NCBI GenBank assembly: GCA_949292905.1
Contig: CASFAV010000010.1
Location: 69,920-133,919, forward strand
Direction: 5' to 3'
DNA length: 64,000 nt
Source of the DNA: an uncultured Eubacteriales bacterium
Lineage (GTDB): Bacteria; Bacillota; Clostridia; Christensenellales; DTU072
This document shows positions 59,494 to 64,000 of the stretch, piece by piece; the stretch's first letter is position 1, and each line of letters begins with the position of its first letter. Made by a program: the position numbers and the translations under genes. Below the pieces are notes generated by a model, which was not told the origin of the DNA, searched no databases, and worked only from the letters and a program-made list of their open reading frames with translations.

Positions 59494-60093
59494 ATGAGCT
59501 TAAATCAGAAAAAGACAACGATATATAAGATAATATCCGTAATATTGATATTGCTCGCAGTCGCAGGCGCGGCAGGATTCATCGCTATGTTCACCAACGG
59601 TTTTACCGAGGAATTCAAGTCTTTTTACATAGAAACGAACGGTGAAAAATTATTGCAGACCGAAACGAATCGAGTATTCGCTTGCGGAGAGGAACAGCGG
59701 TTTGACGTCAAATACACTTTTTCGGATTTAACCAAAGACAAACCCTCGGGATATACCGTGAAAGTTGTTCCTAACGAAGAAACCGATTTCGATTTTACCG
59801 TGGACGGAGAAGTGTATTCTTATGCGGCGGTAACGGATTTAACGGCGGCGTTCGATATTGTGAAATATGACGAATATTTTACGCTGACCTTATCCGACGG
59901 AATGAGCATACAATCGGTTCTCGGTAGCTTGTATCCGGATAAGAACGTTCAGGTGACAACCGATGTGAAAGACGAATATCCGTACACTCTTTTGATTTCA
60001 TCCTACAACGGGAAGGTAACGTACCGAATCAATTTTAATAACTATCATTATGCTGAAGGAATTACTCTCGATAAGGGGGTGATGGTGTTTTGA
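59494..60093 (+). CDS. N-terminally membrane-anchored protein (199 aa)
   Basis: AAGGAGG RBS. TM segment IISVILILLAVAGAAGFIAMF. Beta-rich ectodomain ending ..GITLDKGVMVF, similar to the end of the upstream protein. Confidence 0.6.
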   Translation: MSLNQKKTTIYKIISVILILLAVAGAAGFIAMFTNGFTEEFKSFYIETNGEKLLQTETNRVFACGEEQRFDVKYTFSDLTKDKPSGYTVKVVPNEETDFDFTVDGEVYSYAAVTDLTAAFDIVKYDEYFTLTLSDGMSIQSVLGSLYPDKNVQVTTDVKDEYPYTLLISSYNGKVTYRINFNNYHYAEGITLDKGVMVF

Positions 60094-62105
60094 GAACGGC
60101 GGTTAAGGTAAAAGCTTTGTCTTTGCTTATCGCCATAGTAATTATGTTCGGCGTCGTCACTACGGCGGCGCCGAATATCGCTTATGCGGAGGAAGCGTTG
60201 AACTTTGATACCACCAATGTTCTGGACGATCTGAAATCTTCGTCCGACGGCGGTGAGGCATTCGATCTCAACGACTATCCTTTCGACGAAAGCAAAGACA
60301 TTCAGGTCATCAATTTCGTGGAGTATTGCTATTCGTACAAAGCGAATATGCGCGGAAACTACGGGTTGTACGTGTACGTTTACAATCCGAAAGGTCTGAA
60401 CCTTTCCACGAGCAGCAAGAGCAATAAGATACAAATGGCGTCCTCTTATGACGCAGACGGTAACCCAAACGACTATGTGAAGTTTGACTTGCAGTTTTTG
60501 AGTAAGTCCGAGGACAGCAACTATAAAAACCTGTTTTACAAGTTCAAGGTGGTTGATAAAGAGGTAAACGGAACGACCTTTGCAGACCGTGTGAACAGTA
60601 ACGAAAGAAGGTACGACGTTTCCGGAATCGAGCTTATGACTTACGGCGCCAACAACGCAACCGAGTATGCGGTCAACGGAACATTTAAGTTTACGGGCTA
60701 TTCGCAAGGCTACGGCCCCGACGCTTCGGCTAAGAGTACGCTCATAAGTACCGTGGAATACCTCGAAACGATAACGCTGGACGTCAAGCACACGTTTTAC
60801 CGTACAAAGACTTCCATTAAGGGCGCGGGTTATCAAAACCAGCTCGACACGGTATATTTTGCCGTTCCGCAAAGGTTCTTCGATACATACGGCAGACTGC
60901 AACGCATCAAGGCTGAATGGTACGAGTACAAGACCAATGATATCGTCGTGACGAGCAATCAGGATTTTTACAATCAAGCGTCCTCTTATGTCGGCAAGCA
61001 CGTCGGATACGATTATTACGATTCCGTGCTTTCTCTCGGACAACAGGCAGGTGACGGCGGTGGCGGAGTTATGGTCGCAAAATGGGGTTGGAACCTCGGC
61101 ACGAATTATCTGCACGTCCCCTGCGAAACGCTGTATTACCTTTTCAAGGTAAACAATATCGAGGAGTACGATCCCTATGCGGATATCGTGTCTATCGGCG
61201 GCGTGGAAAGCAATGCTTTGTACGAATATATCAAAAATTACAACAAGACATTCGACAAAGGCACGTTGCCGATAAAAGACGGAACGATCAGCGCGGATTT
61301 GTTCGCCGACGATATTGACGATTACCGCAAAATGGATACGGAATTCGGCAAAATACAGAAAGGCTATTCGTATTACGACTTTGACGCGGACGTCGATTTG
61401 CAAAAGCTGACGAGCTGGCAGGAAGGTAATCCGTCGTTCTGGGATAATTGGCTAAACTGGGGGCTGTGGGATACTATATTCGGTAAGATTCCTGAAGAAG
61501 AAAGCCGCACGATTTCGCCTATTTATACCCTGAAAGCGAGCGATCTGAACGGAAGCGACGAAGAAATTGCCGAACGCCTGCTCATCAACGCGGCAGACGT
61601 ACCCGCTCTGAAAAGCTATTACAACGACGCCGTAACGGTAAGCGGCAAGGACGATGAAGAAAAGGTTGTCGTATTGTTCCGATTTGCCACGAGCGATTAT
61701 TATTCCGCGGCAGTAGACATAATGGAACTGAGAACCATTCTGCCCGACAAACACACGAGCGGACAGGCGTATCGTGCTTGGGAAAGCGTGTTTATGGACT
61801 TTGACATTATCCAGCTTACGTTCAACCGTGACGGGGTGTACAAAGTCATACCCGTTGTTTCAAGTCCTATGGATATCGTCAATTCGATTACTCCGCCCGT
61901 GCAGATGCCGGACGATGGCGAGTGGTGGAAAATCCTGCTGGCGGTTTTGCTGATTATCCTTTTGATAATCATACTGTTCCCCGTATTGCCGTGGATCATC
62001 AAAGGACTGTTCTGGATTATCTCGTTGCCGTTCAAGGCGATTGCCGCGCTGTTCAAGAGTATCGACAAGGCAAAGAAAAAGCGAAGTGAGAAAAAGGAGG
62101 AATGA
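60090..62105 (+). CDS. Secreted 671-aa protein with cleavable signal peptide and C-terminal double TM anchor
   Basis: TTG start overlapping the upstream stop. Signal peptide ending AYA-EE. C-terminal WWKILLAVLLIILLIIILFPVLPWIIKGLFWIISLPF followed by a Lys-rich tail. Confidence 0.7.
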   Translation: MRTAVKVKALSLLIAIVIMFGVVTTAAPNIAYAEEALNFDTTNVLDDLKSSSDGGEAFDLNDYPFDESKDIQVINFVEYCYSYKANMRGNYGLYVYVYNPKGLNLSTSSKSNKIQMASSYDADGNPNDYVKFDLQFLSKSEDSNYKNLFYKFKVVDKEVNGTTFADRVNSNERRYDVSGIELMTYGANNATEYAVNGTFKFTGYSQGYGPDASAKSTLISTVEYLETITLDVKHTFYRTKTSIKGAGYQNQLDTVYFAVPQRFFDTYGRLQRIKAEWYEYKTNDIVVTSNQDFYNQASSYVGKHVGYDYYDSVLSLGQQAGDGGGGVMVAKWGWNLGTNYLHVPCETLYYLFKVNNIEEYDPYADIVSIGGVESNALYEYIKNYNKTFDKGTLPIKDGTISADLFADDIDDYRKMDTEFGKIQKGYSYYDFDADVDLQKLTSWQEGNPSFWDNWLNWGLWDTIFGKIPEEESRTISPIYTLKASDLNGSDEEIAERLLINAADVPALKSYYNDAVTVSGKDDEEKVVVLFRFATSDYYSAAVDIMELRTILPDKHTSGQAYRAWESVFMDFDIIQLTFNRDGVYKVIPVVSSPMDIVNSITPPVQMPDDGEWWKILLAVLLIILLIIILFPVLPWIIKGLFWIISLPFKAIAALFKSIDKAKKKRSEKKEE

Positions 62106-62108
62106 CAA

Positions 62109-62243
62109 ATGAAAACGGTTAAGAGAATACTTGCCGTATGCCTCTTAATCGTTGCCGTTCTGGTCGTCGGCTATCTCGTCTATACGGGTAGCCGATTGAC
62201 CGACGGTCAAGCGATTATCTCTCAGGTAGGAGGTGTATTATGA
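62109..62243 (+). CDS. 44-aa single-TM protein (below the ORF-track cutoff)
   Basis: MKTVKRILAVCLLIVAVLVVGYLVY... Its TGA overlaps the next ATG (ATGA), and GGAGG for the next gene lies inside it. Confidence 0.45.
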   Translation: MKTVKRILAVCLLIVAVLVVGYLVYTGSRLTDGQAIISQVGGVL

Positions 62244-64000
62244 ACAGACGAAATGCAGTCAATATCGTATTTTCGGCAATCGTGTCGGTAGGCTTTGTCC
62301 TTCTCGGCATATTCGTCTTTTCGCCCTCTTATCTCAGAGCGTTCGAGGCAGGCGGCAACCTGATAGATTCGATCAAGTTTTATTTCTGCGAACTTTTCGG
62401 CACTGCGCACAATACCGCTCCCGCCGTAAATGCTTGGTCGGAAGTTATGAAGTGGGATATCTTGCTCCCTTCGGACTTTGATACGTTCAAGGTTTCGGCG
62501 ACAAGGTTTTTTGAACTCCTTGTAGACAAGGAAAATTTCATCGGCTATTGGTCGGTGGTCGGAGATAAATCGGCGGTTGCGGCAAAGGTGATTGCGATTG
62601 CTCTCCCTTGCGTGCTCGTATTCGTCTTTGCGTTGAAACGGCTCTATGCAAGCGGGAACACAAAGCACAACAAAGATACGCTACCGCTCAAAGCGTTCAA
62701 ATCGGTATCCTGTGCTACATATCAGCCCGTAAAACGGTTCGTGCTCGGCTATATCGATTTTCTGAAACACACGAATTGGCTGTGGATATGCTGGCTTGTA
62801 CTGTGGGCGTTCCATCTCAATCTCGTAAGTATCGTATTGGGCTTCTTTGCCTATTACTTTTACTTTTCGGTGTCCTTCGACGTCGCGTCTATTTATACGC
62901 AGGTATGCAAGCTGTTTATCGACTTGCAGGTCATCTTCCGACACTTCCCGTGGTGGAGTATTGCCATAATTGCGTGGCTCATCTTCAACCGATGGAGAAA
63001 GTCAATCGCCTTGAATAGACTGCGGCATTTCGAAGCCCGTAATTGCGGGTTTATCAACGAAGTACCCATCGTGTCTATCTCTTGCGGAAGTATGGGAAAG
63101 AAAAAGACGACGCTCATTACGGATATGACTCTCTCGCAGGAAGTTATGTTCCGGCAAAAGGCATACGACATTCTGAAAAACAACGATATGAAATTCCCCA
63201 TGTTCCCGTGGATCGCCTTCGAGGACGAGTTAAGGCTCTGTATGGAACACGGCACCGTGTACAATCTTGCAACGGTCAAGGAATGGGTGTCTTTGAAACG
63301 GCGAAGGTTCGAGCGTCACGGCAGAACGGACCTGCAATTATACGGCTACGATATTTGCCGTTACGGTCAGACCTTTAACGACGGGCTGAAAGTCAGTACG
63401 CTGTTCGAAGTGTTGGAAACGTATGCTCAGGCGTATTTCATCTACATTATCGAAAGCAGCCTTATCGTGTCGAACTATTCTATCCGCGAGGACAACGAAC
63501 TTGTAAGCGAAGGCAATTTTCCCATCTGGGCGTCCGATTTCTTCCCCGAAGGGGTCACCGAAGGCAGACACGCGCATATCCTCGATTTCGACGTGTTGAG
63601 GCTCGGCAAAAAGGTCATAGAGAATAACCCGAAGGCGGGCAGCTTTGAATTCGGCGTTGTGGCGATTTCGGAGATAGGAAAAGAGCGCGGCAATAATCTG
63701 GAACTTAAAGAAGTCAAGAAAGGTACGGAAGAAACCAACCAGAAGAACGACTTGTTCAATGCGTGGCTCAAAATGTGCAGGCACTCGGCAACGGTGGATA
63801 ATTTCCCGTTTATAAAAGTCTTTACGGACGAACAGCGGCCCGAAAGCTGGGGTGCCGACGCAAGAGATCTGTGCGACATAATCCATATTGTGCAATCGGG
63901 AGAGCAACGACTTGCGCTTCCGTTCTACACGATAGAAGAAATGATAAGCGAATGGACGTTCAACCGGTTCATTGCCATGTATTACGATTTCCGTTTCCGC
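62240..64000 (+). CDS. Polytopic membrane protein with C-terminal P-loop-like NTPase region; 3'-truncated by the window end
   Basis: Hand translation gives 587 codons with no stop in frame to 64000, which is why it is absent from the ORF track. About 5 hydrophobic segments in the first ~260 aa, then CGSMGKKKTT (deviant Walker A) and IKVFTDEQ (hhhhDE Walker-B-like). Confidence 0.7.
   Translation, partial: MNRRNAVNIVFSAIVSVGFVLLGIFVFSPSYLRAFEAGGNLIDSIKFYFCELFGTAHNTAPAVNAWSEVMKWDILLPSDFDTFKVSATRFFELLVDKENFIGYWSVVGDKSAVAAKVIAIALPCVLVFVFALKRLYASGNTKHNKDTLPLKAFKSVSCATYQPVKRFVLGYIDFLKHTNWLWICWLVLWAFHLNLVSIVLGFFAYYFYFSVSFDVASIYTQVCKLFIDLQVIFRHFPWWSIAIIAWLIFNRWRKSIALNRLRHFEARNCGFINEVPIVSISCGSMGKKKTTLITDMTLSQEVMFRQKAYDILKNNDMKFPMFPWIAFEDELRLCMEHGTVYNLATVKEWVSLKRRRFERHGRTDLQLYGYDICRYGQTFNDGLKVSTLFEVLETYAQAYFIYIIESSLIVSNYSIREDNELVSEGNFPIWASDFFPEGVTEGRHAHILDFDVLRLGKKVIENNPKAGSFEFGVVAISEIGKERGNNLELKEVKKGTEETNQKNDLFNAWLKMCRHSATVDNFPFIKVFTDEQRPESWGADARDLCDIIHIVQSGEQRLALPFYTIEEMISEWTFNRFIAMYYDFRFR

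Larger units (their letters stand above)
38454..64000. mobile_element. Composite AT-rich mobile island (serine-recombinase element with defence cargo); right end beyond the window
   Basis: Abrupt compositional change after 38.4 kb. Contains repeat copies, a large serine recombinase, R-M and Lamassu genes, a LexA-like repressor, and shared cis elements at 42.5 and 56.5 kb. Confidence 0.55.

Noticed and set aside
60048-61403. 451-aa minus-strand ORF
   Set aside because: It is antisense to the 671-aa secreted protein gene, which has a signal peptide, an RBS and translational coupling with its neighbours. The minus-frame product is R/V/I-rich junk.
62240-64000. Calling the terminal P-loop protein a Zot/pI-type inovirus morphogenesis ATPase, FtsK/VirD4 coupling protein or VirB4
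   Set aside because: Zot/pI proteins have the P-loop at the extreme N-terminus followed by a TM segment, which is the opposite order. The Walker A here (GSMGKKKT) deviates from the GxxGxGK(S/T) of FtsK, VirD4 and VirB4. The assignment is left open.

Overview
This 64-kb window comes from a GC-rich Gram-positive chromosome that looks Clostridia-like: strong GGAGG ribosome-binding sites, secG/smpB/ssrA, and many glycoside hydrolases. All calls rest on reading the six-frame translations and the DNA by eye. No database search was possible, so family names are motif-based recollections.

Positions 1 to about 38.4 kb are ordinary chromosome.
- Host-glycan utilisation genes: PfkB kinase, GH4, GH33 sialidase, GH27-like, GH43-like, a domain-permuted GH3, and GH18.
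- A P-type ATPase.
- A tmRNA followed by a ~150-bp tandem repeat.
- A co-directional secG / smpB-metY-metA-recF-argS-PHP phosphatase string.
- cysK behind two unassigned membrane proteins.
- A ~1-kb AT-rich single-gene islet encoding a TIR-like/transmembrane fusion protein.

From about 38.45 kb to the window end the sequence becomes visibly AT-richer and reads as a composite mobile island.
- Three copies of a structured repeat bracket an AbrB-ABC cassette and overlap the 3' end of a large serine recombinase gene.
- A single-strand ~12-kb defence block follows: a WYL regulator coupled to an unassigned 591-aa PD-(D/E)xK-like protein, type I R-M hsdR-hsdM-hsdS, and Lamassu lmuA-lmuC-lmuB.
- Then come a LexA-like repressor, a Zn-ribbon protein and an HTH regulatory module.
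- The window ends in a tightly packed run of membrane-anchored or secreted proteins, finishing with an open-ended polytopic P-loop-like protein. I can recognise no tailed-phage or T4SS signature in this run.
- A 27-bp palindromic element occurs at the same offset upstream of both the recombinase and the HTH-led operon. This ties the two ends together and marks the defence genes as cargo.

Most interesting leads:
- the WYL + 591-aa gene pair
- the TIR-like/TM islet
- the unexplained membrane-protein module
- the repeat architecture at the recombinase end
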